From Octopus bimaculoides (lineage: Eukaryota): a stretch of DNA of 48,337 nt. The position numbers were made by a program, and so were the translations under genes. The notes below the pieces were generated by a model. It was given only the letters and a program-made list of their open reading frames with translations. It made no database searches and was not told where the DNA came from. The stretch lies in NCBI RefSeq assembly GCF_001194135.2, contig NC_069005.1, forward strand, positions 28,558,736-28,607,072, in the 5' to 3' direction. Position 1 is the first letter of the stretch, and the number at the start of each line of letters is the position of its first letter. Shown piece by piece: positions 1 to 12,674 of this stretch.

Positions 1-837
1 AATAATCCTTTCTACTATAGGCGCAAGACCTGGAATTTGGAGGAAGGGAGGGATGGTCGATTACAATCGATCCCTGTGCTCAGCTGGTACTTATTTTATC
101 GATCCTGAAAGAATGAAAGGCAAAGTTGACTTCAGCAGCATTTGAACTCTGAATGTAAAAGATGACAAAATACTGCAAGGCGTGCTTCTTGCCACCGCAG
201 CCACACTTGCATCTATCTACACAAGCCTGCTCCTATTATGTGTATATCTTTATATGCAAAATATATTTCACACAAATATGAACTTCGTCTTGTCTAATTA
301 TCTCTCTAATTAGTTGTACTTAACCCCTTCTGTTTCATAGTTTTCTCAATCAGCTTTGTACCTCTGTAGTTGCTTCTTTCTCAAGTCCTTGTATCCATTG
401 AATAGTAAGACTGCTTTGTGAGTCTTTGGTGCAATGACTCCTACCTATTGACTCTAAGTGACTCATGCATAACCTACTTAAGTTATTTTCAGTATTTCAA
501 CAAATATGTTGGTTCAGGCATCTCACCTGCATTCCTATCCCCAATTGTCATTTTGATCCAGGGACAGGTGTGACTGCATTTGAAAAGCTTGTTTCTCATA
601 GGCACAGGACAGGCTGTATGGTTAAGAAGCTTGCTTCCCAATCATGTGGTCTTGGGTTCAATACCACTGGTTAGCACTTCAGGCAAGTTGTCTTCTGCTA
701 TGGGCCCTCAACTATGGGCTTATCTTTAGCAAAAGCGTTGCTAGTCAGTATCCTCTGTCTCTTTTGTGACCCCTATTAATTTTGCTTTTAGGTTCTAATT
801 GCTAATAAGCCACCCCTTTTAATTTGTTAGATATATA

Positions 838-1222
838 GGCGCAGGAGTGGCTGTGTGGTAAGTAGCCTGCTTACCAACCACATGGTTCCAGGTTCAGTCC
901 CACTGCGTGGCATCTTGGGCAAGTGTCTTCTACTATAGCCTCGGGCCGACCAAAGCCTTGTGAGTGGATTTGGTAGACAGAAACTGAAAGAAGCCAGTCG
1001 TATATATATATATATGTGTATGTTTGTGTGTCTGTGTTTGTTCCCCCAACATCGCTTGACAACCGATGCTGGTGTGTTTAAGTCCCCGTAACTTAGCGGT
1101 TCGGCAAAAGAGACTGATAGAATAAGTACTAGGCTTCCAAAGAATAAGTCCTGGGGTCGATTTGCTCGACTAAAGGCGGTGCTCCAGCATGGCCACAGTC
1201 AAATGACTGAAACAAGTAAAAG
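838..1222 (+). mobile_element. Full-length tRNA-derived CORE-type SINE (family A) with internal (TA/TG)n
   Basis: tRNA-like head (tggctgtgtggt..ggttcagtccc), core-like atcttgggcaagtgtctt, tail ..gactgaaacaagtaaaaga; near-identical copies elsewhere in the window. Confidence 0.85.
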
Positions 1223-2004
1223 ATGTGTCTTTATATTTTAAAGATGGAAGTTCCCTAGCGCAGCCCCCCCCTCCCCAACTTCTTTTGGCATCACTGACTG
1301 GTTTCATGCAAGACAATTTTTCCACAGACCGGAGAAACACAGACATAACAAAACGCTATAAAGTGCATAATATATAAATGTGTGTATATTACATATATAT
1401 ACTTGTTACATATGTAATACATATATATCGCGGCAATCTAGCAGAACCGTTAGCACACTGGACGAAATGCTGCTAAGTCTTTATGTTCTGAGTTCAAATT
1501 TTGCCGAGGTCGACTTTGACTTTCATCCTTTCAGGGTCGATAAATTAAGTACCGGTGAAACACTAGGGTCGATATAATCGACTAGCCCCTTCCCCCCTTT
1601 TTTTTTTTTGCTTACTTATTAGGAAGGTCTTAAAATTTCTAGTCTTAGGTAATCATGCATAGCACCATTTCATTCTTTTTAGAAATCTCCTGCACCTCAT
1701 ATCCTAGGATATGTGAATTAAATGCTTAATGAAGGGAGATATTTCATAAAGGTTGAAATGTCCCTATTTTCACCTCATTCCCATCATACATGTTTTCCGG
1801 TACTTCTTTGAAACAATTTACAACTGAATGATCTCACACACACACATATACACACTCCTTCTGCTACACCCAAGTATCTTGTTAGAATCCATTCATTCAA
1901 GTGAGTGTGTTGTTTGTTTTGTTTGTCCTGTTTGCACAGCAAAATACAATAATATATACACTTTAACATGCACGTGCATAGATATACACACACACATGCA
2001 TACA

Positions 2005-2039
<35 letters not shown>

Positions 2040-2256
2040 ATTATGTTCTTAGTGAACACAAAGAAGTTGAGCAACAGTCACACACACACACACACTGTCA
2101 GGTACCAGTATACTTATGCATACAGACTTTAGATATAACCAGGCTCCAGTTTATCCACACATGCACACACACACACATGTGCATGCGCATACACAATCAG
2201 GTACGAATGCACTTACACAAACACACTCTAGTTTATAGTCAGACCACAGTCTGTCT

Positions 2257-2287
<31 letters not shown>

Positions 2288-2719
2288 TAACCAGGTACCT
2301 GTATACTTATGCATATAGTTATAACCAGGCCCATCCACACACACACACACACACACACAGAGGCAATAGCTATAACAAGATTTCTGTCTCCGGCACCACC
2401 ATCACCACTTCCTTTTCAACTACACACACACCCACACGCATTTGCTACCAGCCGACATCGGTTAAGTTCATACGCTGTTCCCAGCATATGATATCAGGTA
2501 CAGAGTGTGTGTGTGTGTGTGTGTGTCAATTAAGGTATGTATGAAGGTATCAGACAGTTTAAAGTATATGACAGTACAAGCTCTCCTATCCTCTCCTCAT
2601 ATAGAAAATCAATATGTGTTAAACAGTGTCAGGTATTAAAATTTGAAAGACTTACCTCTCTCACTCACTTTCTCTCTCTCTCCCTCTCTCCCTTGCTTTG
2701 TATACCTGTTTTTTTGCGT

Positions 2720-2732
2720 CTCCCCATCAAGC

Positions 2733-2765
<33 letters not shown>

Positions 2766-2943
2766 ATACACATATACTAATAACACCTTTGTTAAAACTT
2801 GTCCCGCTCATACATTTTATTGTTTTTGCTCATCATATATATACACACACGTATGTATATGTGTATATATATGTGTGTGTGTGTGTATATATGTCAACTG
2901 TGGCATTGAAACAATATGTAATGTATATATATGTACACACATG

Positions 2944-2993
<50 letters not shown>

Positions 2994-2997
2994 AACA

Positions 2998-3044
<47 letters not shown>

Positions 3045-3045
3045 G

Positions 3046-3080
<35 letters not shown>

Positions 3081-3085
3081 GTATA

Positions 3086-3138
<53 letters not shown>

Positions 3139-3282
3139 NNNNNNNNNNNNNNNNNNNNNNNNNNNNNNNNNNNNNNNNNNNNNNNNNNNNNNNNNNNNNN
3201 NNNNNNNNNNNNNNNNNNNNNNNNNNNNNNNNNNNNNNNNNNNNNNNNNNNNNNNNNNNNNNNNNNNNNNNNNNNNNNNNNN

Positions 3283-3332
<50 letters not shown>

Positions 3333-3335
3333 TCC
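2720..3335. repeat. Compound (TG)n/(TA)n microsatellite flanking a gap; similar arrays at about 18110-18780, 36480-36900 and 48280-48337
   Basis: Direct inspection; these arrays produce the YIYI/CVCV pseudo-ORFs. Confidence 0.95.
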
Positions 3336-3339
3336 TGTA

Positions 3340-4060
3340 TATCACAGTATTGGCCAGGCCCTCAGATGCTATTACACGCTTTTGGTCACAATGCGCTTCC
3401 AAGTCTGTCTAGATTGCATCATTGTTTTCCAGCTTGATCCAAATTGCTCATCATCATGGAGGCCTTTCAAGTGACCATTTCTGATCTCTTGGACACCACT
3501 TGCCAACTGCACGGGTCCACCTGTTGTCTGCGAACTCTGCAATATGTCTAGCCCAGCAGAATTTGTGCTTTCAGCACTCTGCTATCACTTTTATCCACTC
3601 TTTTCCATTCTCATATTATCTCATCTCGAATGTCCTCTTTTAGTGATATTCTTAGCATGGACCTTTCCATGACCATTTACATCATAGCCCATCGATGTTC
3701 TATCCTCTCCGTAGTAGTCCACATCTCATTTGCGTAAAAGAGCACAAGTGCTATTAAGGGGTCTGGCATATATGCTATTGTCTAGCTTCGTTTGGAGCAC
3801 ATCCTTTATTAAATTATAGGCCTTCCATCCAGCCCTTATTCTCTTTGAGACTTCAGCATCCATATCTCAGTGCATATTCACTGTGTGTCCTAGATAGACG
3901 TACTCCTTTAATTCCTCAATTTCTTCACTTCGCACCTCTATTCAGCCTTGCATTACATCTTTCAACCACATAGTTTGTTTACATGCAGTTCATTTTAAAA
4001 CCCCTTGTGTGATATATTGTTATCTTAGACCTTTTTAGCCTCAGCATAGCCCATCCCTCT
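3340..4060 (-). mobile_element. RTE-clade LINE 3' remnant (degenerate RT C-terminal region)
   Basis: Minus-strand translation EYVYLGHTVNMH*DMDAEVSKRIRAGWKA..KFCWARHIAEFADNRWTRAV, with stops and frameshifts. Confidence 0.8.
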
Positions 4061-4157
4061 TTAAGTTTGAACCAGGGCTGTGGAGTCGAAACAAAAACCT
4101 TCAACTCCAACTCCTCTATGTAACTAAGTGATTGTGGTGTATTTTACCGACTCCAGA

Positions 4158-4494
4158 AGAGCACTCAGTGAGTGCAAACCTCCGCCAATGCAACACCAAT
4201 ATCGTCCTAACGATTAGCCAGAGATTTTTTAAATGAGAATATCTGAAATAAACTCAACTGCTCTCACAAATGAGAATACTAAAAATGAACCTGACTTCTC
4301 TTAGAAATTAAGTATAAAAACAGGAGAAATAATCCAGAATCCTTGTCCGGTACCAGCCCGTGCCAGTCATGAGGCCAAACATCCCTGAAAGTTTCATCTG
4401 AATCCATCCAGCGGTTCTTGAGATATCTTGTCCAGAGGCAAACAAACAGACAAACAAATGCAACAGAAAACAATACTTTCGCTAAGGTGGAGGT
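4158..4494 (+). mobile_element. Non-autonomous DNA element with acctccgcc / ggtggaggt subterminal inverted motifs; copies at about 15755-16050(+) and 34667-34982(-)
   Basis: Three colinear copies sharing gaatatctgaaataaac and ccagcggttcttgagatatcttgtcca; Helentron/HINE-like class is only a guess. Confidence 0.7.
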
Positions 4495-5514
4495 AATAAT
4501 ATTAATGGTTTCAAATTTTGGCACAAGGCCAGAAATCTTTAGGGGTGGGGGAAAGTCAATTACATCAACCCCCTTGCTCAACTGCTACTTGTTTTATCAA
4601 CCTTGAATGGGTGCGAAACAAAATTGATCTCGGTGTAATTTGAACTCAGAACCTAAAGAACTGCTGGAAATGCTGCTAAGAATATGAAATAATAAAGTCT
4701 TGGGCAAACAGTAAAACTGATTGTTGAATTTTTTTTTTTTTTTACTTTCCAGACTATCATCATTTTTTTTTTCTTCTTCAAGAATTAGCTTGAAATTTAA
4801 CTCGACTATGGTGATGGTAGCGGTGATGGTAGCGGTGGTGGTGGTGGTGGTGAAAGAGTCGAGTGGAGAAAATTAATAAAAGAGATTTAAAAAAATAGAA
4901 TAATGCAAATAATTAAAACACAGTGATCTGGCAAAAAGGCAAATGAAATAATGATACGGTACTTGAAGCTGTTTTTGTGCAGTAATCTTCTGTTGAATGT
5001 AAATATTTGAAATGGAAGCCTTGAATTAGAATATTCTTTTATTTGTCTCAGTCACTTGACTGTGGCCATGCTGGAGCACTGTCTATAGTCAAACAAATCG
5101 ACCGTAGGACTTCTTCTTTATAAGCCTAGTACTTATTCTATCGGTCTCTTTTGCCGAACTGCTAAGTTACAGGGGATGTAAACACACCAACATCGGTTGT
5201 CAAGCGACGGTGGGGTTGGATGGACAAACATAGACACACAAACACATACATATTCTTTTATTATTTTCAGTCATTTGACTGCGACCCCAGGGCTTATTCT
5301 TTGTAAGCCTAGTACTTAATCTATCAGTTTCTTTTGTCTGCTATTACATGGCAAATTCCGCTGAGTTCAAATTCCACCGAGGTTGACTTTGCCTTTCATA
5401 CTTTCGGGGTTGATTAAATAGGTACCAGTTATGCACTGGGGTCGATGTAATCGACTTAATCCTTTTGTCTGTCCTTGTTTGTCCCCTCTGTTTATCCCCC
5501 TGTGGGCAATAAAG

Positions 5515-5562
<48 letters not shown>

Positions 5563-6459
5563 ATGAATATGTATTAAGTAATGAGGCACTAAAAGAGAAT
5601 GACTCTCCCCAGACACAATAAAATATGCTTCAACACACGAATTCACATAAAGAATCTTGCAAACCAAATCCAAAAACGAAATATATATGTATGTATGTAT
5701 ATATGTGTGTGTATATATATTTGAGAGAGTAGCATTTTATATTTATATATTTTAATCTTTCGTTGAATCTGGCAACAAATCAGATGAAAATTAACAAAAA
5801 GACTTTTAATTTGTTCATTAGGTCATCATTATCATCATCATCATCGTCACTGCTCTGCTCTCATCAGTATTACCATCATCATCATGGTTTTTTTTTTTGG
5901 TTTTTTTTTTTTTGCTATCAGTAATATTTAGTTTTTATTTCTGCATTTCATTGGTTTTAATTAAAGAATCAAGTCTTGCGCTATACTGGATATGAATTTG
6001 TTTAACGATTCATATTTATATTTATAGTTTTTTTTCCTCCTCTTTAACTCTGCATTCTATCATCATCATCATCACCCCCCTACACACACACCACCACCAC
6101 CACCACTACATCAGTCAAACACTTATGTATACACAACCCTCCTTTGTAATATTTCTTTACTTCATAACACTTCTGTTGTCCAGTAAAGGGCTCTTGTTCT
6201 TTCCACTTTGTTCGGGGAATTCCCTGGGGACAACAGTGACTGCAAACACTATTATTTACACTTTTGCTTCAAGTACGATATATGCATGTATACATGTGTG
6301 TGTGTATGTGTGATCATTATCATCATCCGTTTTCCATGCTGGTATGGATTGGGTGTTTTTTTTTTTTTGTTTTTTTTTTTACAGGAGCTGGAGAGCTGGA
6401 CCAGGTTCTAGTCTGATTTAGCATGGTTTCTATGGCTGGATGCCCTTCCTAACACATGA

Positions 6460-6690
6460 TTAGAATGTGACAGGAAAGAATCGGAAGATGGATTCTTCAA
6501 ACCGAGCCAATCTGCTGGAGACTTAGGAGTAGACCAAGAGCAAGATGGTTGGATGATATGATGGCCATGCTTGGGAATCCAGCAGAGAAATTTAATGATC
6601 GTCGCTTCTAATAGGACTCTATGGAGGAGTTGTCTGAAGACTCTCTACAACCTTCCTAGAAATAGCAGCCAGGGGCGATGGATGGATGGA
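6460..6690 (+). mobile_element. RTE-like LINE 3' tail fragment with (GGAT)n end
   Basis: RPRARWLDD motif followed by a short tandem-repeat tail. Confidence 0.55.
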
Positions 6691-7374
6691 TAATATACCA
6701 CTGCTGTGGTATATTATTGTGATATTTTCTAGAAATATCGTAGCTATAGTATATGTTTTGACTATACTGACCCATTGCAGCCATGGGATATCATTATAGT
6801 ATTATGAAATATAACTGCTACTTGATATTTTGCCACAGGATATTAGGATTGTTGTGAATATTATCTCTTGAATTTCAGTTTTTCCTTTCCCATTTAACAC
6901 CATTTCTGCATCATACAGCTTATTCACAGACACGCCAAAGTGGCACCTAATATTCCTTTGTCATTGAATCCGGCTCAGTCCAGTGGAAAATACACACTTT
7001 CTCTTGGTTGGTGGAAAAAAAATAAATAAAATCGAGGTTTTCAATATTTGTTCGGAACTAATGTTTTGGCTAAAAGTTGTTTCAGTGTTGTAGCCAAACC
7101 GGTTTGTTTTGTTAGCATAAAAGAAAACGAAACTAAATTATGTTTGGTTCTTTTAGAGTAAAGAAAAAAAATTTTCAAAATGACAAATTAAATCAAAACA
7201 GGCCATAATGCAAAAAAAAAAAAAGAAACAAACAAAGCATAATTTTATTAAAGTTAACATTATGAAAGATAACACATTATAAATTGTATAAAACAGAATT
7301 ATGAACTATGTTACATACAGACACAATACAATGGTATGAAGTGCAGTGCTATATTATGGAACATCATTATTTAA

Positions 7375-7960
7375 TGTCTGTTTGCCATGCTGGCATGGGT
7401 TGGACAGTTTGGCAGGAGCTGATAAGCCAGGAGGCTTGCAGTCTACTTTGGCATGGTTTCTATAGATGGATGCCCTTCCTAATGCCAACCACTTCACAGA
7501 GTGTACTGGGTGCTTTTTACCTGTTACACAGTGCTATTGAATATACAAACATTATCAAGCACAACATTGTTGATGACAGTGTATTAGTATTGTGGTGACG
7601 GTATAGGTGTGGCTGTTTGGTCAAGAAGCTTGTGGTCGTTGGTTTACTCCCACTACATGGCACGTTGGTCAAGTGTCTTCTAATATTGCCCTAGACCAGG
7701 GGTTTTCAACCATTTTTTTATCTCTGGACCCCTTTCATTACTATTTTATTCTGGTGGATTGCCCTTCCTAATGCCAACCACTCCAAGAGTGAAGTGGGTG
7801 CTTTTTACGTGTCACTGGCACAGGAACCAGTCATGGGCACTGGCATTGACCACATTTACATGGTGCTTTTTACATGTCACTGGCACGGGGAGCCAATCAG
7901 GCAGCACTGGCCACGACTACAATTTCGATTTCACTTGTCTCAGCAGGTCTTCTCAAGCAC
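7375..7960 (+). mobile_element. Interspersed repeat family (tttccatgctggcatgggttgga..ggatgcccttcctaa..) with internal ~45-bp subrepeats; other copies at about 6330-6455, 26020-26150, 37500-37975(-), 40105-40275
   Basis: Shared head plus the repeated subunit atggtgctttttac.tg.cactggcac. Confidence 0.7.
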
Positions 7961-8049
7961 ATCATATCACCCGACACGATATTATTATTATTATTATTAT
8001 TATCATTATTATTATCACCGCCTTCCTTTACTCAAGAAGGAAAGGCTGT

Positions 8050-8535
8050 ATTTATATGCTTGGTGACCATGGTGAAAGAGGTTGTATAGTGGACAAGATT
8101 GAAGGGACCGAAAGCAAACACTTTTCTCTTTGGCCAATCCCTGATCAACTTCAAGTTTCATTTGAAAAAGGAAAATAAGGGTAAAGGGGGAAGCGTTGTC
8201 TTCTGTCCAATTTGCTGAAAGGCAGATGAAAGTGGCGAGACTGGTGCGAGCGAACAGGCCTGTCCTGAACATATGCCTGTAAGTTGGAAAAAAGAAAAGG
8301 CAAAAACGCACTTGGGCCCAAAAGTCAGGGCACCCATGGTTTATATGGGGTTTTTCCATGAGCAGCCCTCAAACATCTCCCCTCTATTGAGGATCACAGA
8401 TTGTTGATTTTTAAAAAATTTTGTTAGCCTTGTTTACACGCAAAACCCTCACAACACCACACACACATATTTTGTTTTGTCCTGTACTGTGCATAACTGG
8501 TTTTCTTCGTGTAAGCCCTTGTGGTTAATAAAGAA
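8050..8535 (+). mobile_element. L1/Tx1-like LINE 3' end
   Basis: VKEVV*WTRLKG..LINFKFHLK motif, then a 3' UTR ending aataaagaaa; second diverged copy at about 35290-35672. Confidence 0.55.
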
Positions 8536-10334
8536 ACCATTAGTAGTAGTAGTAGTAGTAGTAGTAGTTGTAATGGTGGTGGTGGTGGTGGCAGTAGTAG
8601 GTTTAATCATTAACAATGTGTGTGTGTGTGTGTGTGTGTGTGTGTTCCAGGCCACTAAACCATTTGTTTCATTGTTATTGTGGTCCAGTGCCTTTGTAGA
8701 CAACATAGATATGTTGGAGATGTGTGTGTGTGTTGTCTAACTCACACACACACACATTGTACAGTTAGTTTTTTTTAAAAAACCAAAAACCGCCAGTTTT
8801 GTATCCACAGAACACTCTCACTGCACTCAAACGATCTGGAAATTTNNNNNNNNNNNNNNNNNNNNNNNNNNNNNNNNNNNNNNNNNNNNNNNNNNNNNNN
8901 NNNNNNNNNNNNNNNNNNNNNNNNNNNNNNNNNNNNNNNNNNNNNNNNNNNNNNNNNNNNNNNNNNNNNNNNNNNNNNNNNNNNNNNNNNNNNNNNNNNN
9001 NNNNNNNNNNNNNNNNNNNNNNNNNNNNNNNNNNNNNNNNNNNNNNNNNNNNNNNNNNNNNNNNNNNNNNNNNNNNNNNNNNNNNNNNNNNNNNNNNNNN
9101 NNNNNNNNNNNNNNNNNNNNNNNNNNNNNNNNNNNNNNNNNNNNNNNNNNNNNNNNNNNNNNNNNNNNNNNNNNNNNNNNNNNNNNNNNNNNNNNNNNNN
9201 NNNNNNNNNNNNNNNNNNNNNNNNNNNNNNNNNNNNNNNNNNNNNNNNNNNNNNNNNNNNNNNNNNNNNNNNNNNNNNNNNNNNNNNNNNNNNNNNNNNN
9301 NNNNNNNNNNNNNNNNNNNNNNNNNNNNNNNNNNNNNNNNNNNNNNNNNNNNNNNNNNNNNNNNNNNNNNNNNNNNNNNNNNNNNNNNNNNNNNNNNNNN
9401 NNNNNNNNNNNNNNNNNNNNNNNNNNNNNNNNNNNNNNNNNNNNNNNNNNNNNNNNNNNNNNNNNNNNNNNNNNNNNNNNNNNNNNNNNNNNNNNNNNNN
9501 NNNNNNNNNNNNNNNNNNNNNNNNNNNNNNNNNNNNNNNNNNNNNNNNNNNNNNNNNNNNNNNNNNNNNNNNNNNNNNNNNNNNNNNNNNNNNNNNNNNN
9601 NNNNNNNNNNNNNNNNNNNNNNNNNNNNNNNNNNNNNNNNNNNNNNNNNNNNNNNNNNNNNNNNNNNNNNNNNNCCAGTTACGCACTGGGGTTGATATAA
9701 TCGACTTAATCCGTATGTCTGTCCTTGTTTGTCCCCTCTATGTTTAGCCCCTTGTGGGCAATAAAGAAATTAGAAACTTAATGTTCATAGCTACCATCCA
9801 TTTTGCATCACCACCACCACCACCATCACCACTACCCCCCATCACCACTACCACCATCATCATCATCATCAGTGTAAGTGTGACATTGTGATTCTGTGGT
9901 ACCTTTTCCTGTTGTTTTATTCTTTTTTTTGTATCAGTCATTAGACTGTGGTCATGCTGGGGCACCACCTCGAAGCCCTTTTAGTCGAATGAATCAGCCC
10001 CAGTACTTTTGATTTTATTTTTGAAAGCCTGATAGTTATTCCGTTGGTCTCTTTTGCCAAACCGCTACGTTACCAGCAGGTAAATTCACCGACACTGGTT
10101 ATCAAGCGGTGGTGGGGGACAAAGACACACACACACATACATACAACGTGATTCTTTCAGTTTCCATCTACCAAATCAATTTAATTTAATTTATCAAAAT
10201 TAAAATTAAATTAAGTTTCACAATATATAATATATAAATGATGTTTATTACTTTGTATTTTTATTATAGATCTTTTTAGTATATTTATTCCGTTATAGTT
10301 AGGATCAACAAAATATTCCAGCCAGTAAGAGACA

Positions 10335-11335
10335 AATCTCCTGTTGATCTGTTTGTCTCCTGTTGATCTGTTTGTCTCCTGTTGATCTGTTTGCCTGTCT
10401 CCTATTGACCTGCTTGTCTCCTATTGTCCTGCTTCTGTCTCCTATTGATCTGTTTGTCTCCTGTTTATGTGTTTGTCTGTCACCTTTTGATCTGTTTGTC
10501 TGTCACCTTTTGATCTGTTTGTCTGTCACCTGTTGATCTGTTTGCCTGTCACCTGTTGATCTGTTTGCCTGTCTCCTATTGACCTGCTTGTCTCCTATTG
10601 TCCTGCTTCTGTCTCCTATTGATCTGTTTGTCTCCTGTTTATGTGTTTGTCTGTCACCTTTTGATCTGTTTGTCTGTCACCTGTTGATCTGTTTGTCTGT
10701 CACCTGTTGATCTGTTTGTCTGTCACCTGTTAATCTGTTTGTCTGTCCCCTCCTATTGATCTGTTTGCCTGTCTCCTATTGACCTGCTTGTCTCCTATTG
10801 TCCTGCTTGTCTGTCTCCTATTGACCTGCTTGTCTCCTATTGTCCTGCTTGTCTGTCACCTATTGATCTGTTTGTCTGTCTCCTAATGACCCGTTTGTCT
10901 CCTATTGATCTGCTTGTCTGTCACCTGTTGATCTGTTTGTCTGTCTCCTAATGACCTGTTTGTCTCCTATTGATCTGTTTGTCTGTCACCTATTGATCTG
11001 TTTATCTGTCTCCTAATGACCTGTTTGTCTCCTATTGATCTGCTTGTTTGTCTCCTATTGATCTGCTTGTCTGTCTCCTATTGATCTGCTTGTCTGTCAC
11101 CTATTGATCTGCTTGTCTGTCACCTATTGATCTGTTTGTCTGTCTCCTAGTGACCTGTTGTCTCCTATTGACCTGCTTGTCTGTCTCCTATTGACCTGCT
11201 TGTCTGTCTCCTATTGACCTGCTTGTCTGTCTCCTATTGACCTGCTTGTCTGTCTCCTATTGACCTGCTTGTCTGTCTCCTATTGACCTGCTTGTCTTCC
11301 TCCTATTGACCTGCTTGTCTGTCCCCTCCTATTGA
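10335..11335. repeat. About 1-kb minisatellite of 19/23-bp units (ctcctattgatctgtttgt[ctgt])
   Basis: Directly visible tandem units, with a higher-order block restarting at 10387, 10561 and 10761. Confidence 0.95.
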
Positions 11336-12290
11336 TTTTTCCACCTTTATACAACAATTGATCTATTCATCCTTTTCTGGCTGTCTCTCTCCCCACCGCC
11401 CATAAATCTGTTTATCGCTCCACCACCCTGTACCACCTGTCTGTCTCTAACTCTATCGATCAGTCTACCTGTATACTCCCCCACATGCTTTCACCCCTAT
11501 CCCCATCAAACACTGCCATACTCCCTCCACCCTAGCTACCATTGCCACTAGCTTTTCAGTCTGTCTCACCCATACAGTGTAAAGTGTCTGGATTTGGAAA
11601 ATAAACAAACCTCAGTAACTATAAATAAACCTTTACAGAACAACAAAGTCAGCAGAACTTGTCCATCTGCCTCTCCTCTTTAATATAGATAGTGTGATAG
11701 AGTTGGCTCAGATCGTAGGATCGACCCCTACCTGTATTCTACCTGTGATCACTGTCCCTGGATCCTTTATTTTTCTTGTCTTTTATCGTATTTCAGTTAT
11801 AGGGTCTGCTTAAACAAATCAATCTCAGCATGTATTTTTTTAATGTCTGGCACTTTATTTTATCGGTTTCTTTTGCCGAACTGCTAGGTCGTCAGGACAT
11901 GAACAAGCCCACACCGTTTATCAGGAACAATAATGATATGCTTTATCTGCAACAGGAGTGACCGATGGAGAGGTCATTATAGAGACAGGTTACAAAGTGT
12001 CAGGCTGTACATTAGATTTGGGGGACGGGATTAAGTTGATTACATCAACCCCAGTGTGTAACTGGTACTAATTTAATCGACCCCGACAGGATGAAAGGCA
12101 AAGTTCGACCTTGGTGGAATTTGAACTCAGAACATAACGGCAGATGAAATACCACTAAGCATTTCGCGCAGCTTGCTAACAGTTCTGCCAGCTCACCGCC
12201 CTACCAAAGTAAATAATAATAATGGTTTCTAATTTGGCTATTCTGTTGTGTCTGGGGAGAATCATTCTCTTTTAGTGCCATATAATTTAA

Positions 12291-12674
12291 CCCTTTCATT
12301 ACCAACCCGGCTGAAACCAACTCTGTAGTACAAATGTCTTGTTTTCATAAGTTCTAAATTAAAATGTTTCACCAAACCTTAGTCACAATTTATGTTCCTA
12401 ACACTAGCTTAATGATAACTAAGTTATTTTACTAAATCCTTTCTTATATTTAACCCTTTCATTACCAACCCAGCTGAAACCAGCTCTGGCTCTGTAGTAG
12501 AAATGTCTTGTTTTCATAAATTCTAAATTAAAATCTTCCACCAAACCATAGTCACAATTTATGTTCCTAACACTAGCTTCATGATAACTGAGTTATTTTA
12601 CTGAATTCTTTGTTATATTTAAAGTAATTGAAAGAAACATGGAGCATCTCAAAGTAAATACAGTAACGAAAGGG
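12291..12674. mobile_element. TTAA-flanked (piggyBac-like) MITE with internal 163-bp duplication
   Basis: TTAA at 12287-12290 and 12675-12678; termini ccctttcattac / gtaacgaaaggg. Confidence 0.75.

Noticed and set aside
838-910. tRNA-like sequences at SINE heads (also 21404, 27194, 41025)
   Set aside because: Only A/B boxes are retained, there is no evident complete cloverleaf, and each continues into a SINE body.
6692-6713. 9-bp perfect hairpin atataccac-tgct-gtggtatat
   Set aside because: It is short and AT-rich, so likely to occur by chance; there is no terminator context in a eukaryotic genome.
10335-11335. CRISPR-like regular repeats (also the 21-bp units at 42538-42620)
   Set aside because: There are no unique spacers and no cas genes, and the context is eukaryotic; these are tandem repeats.
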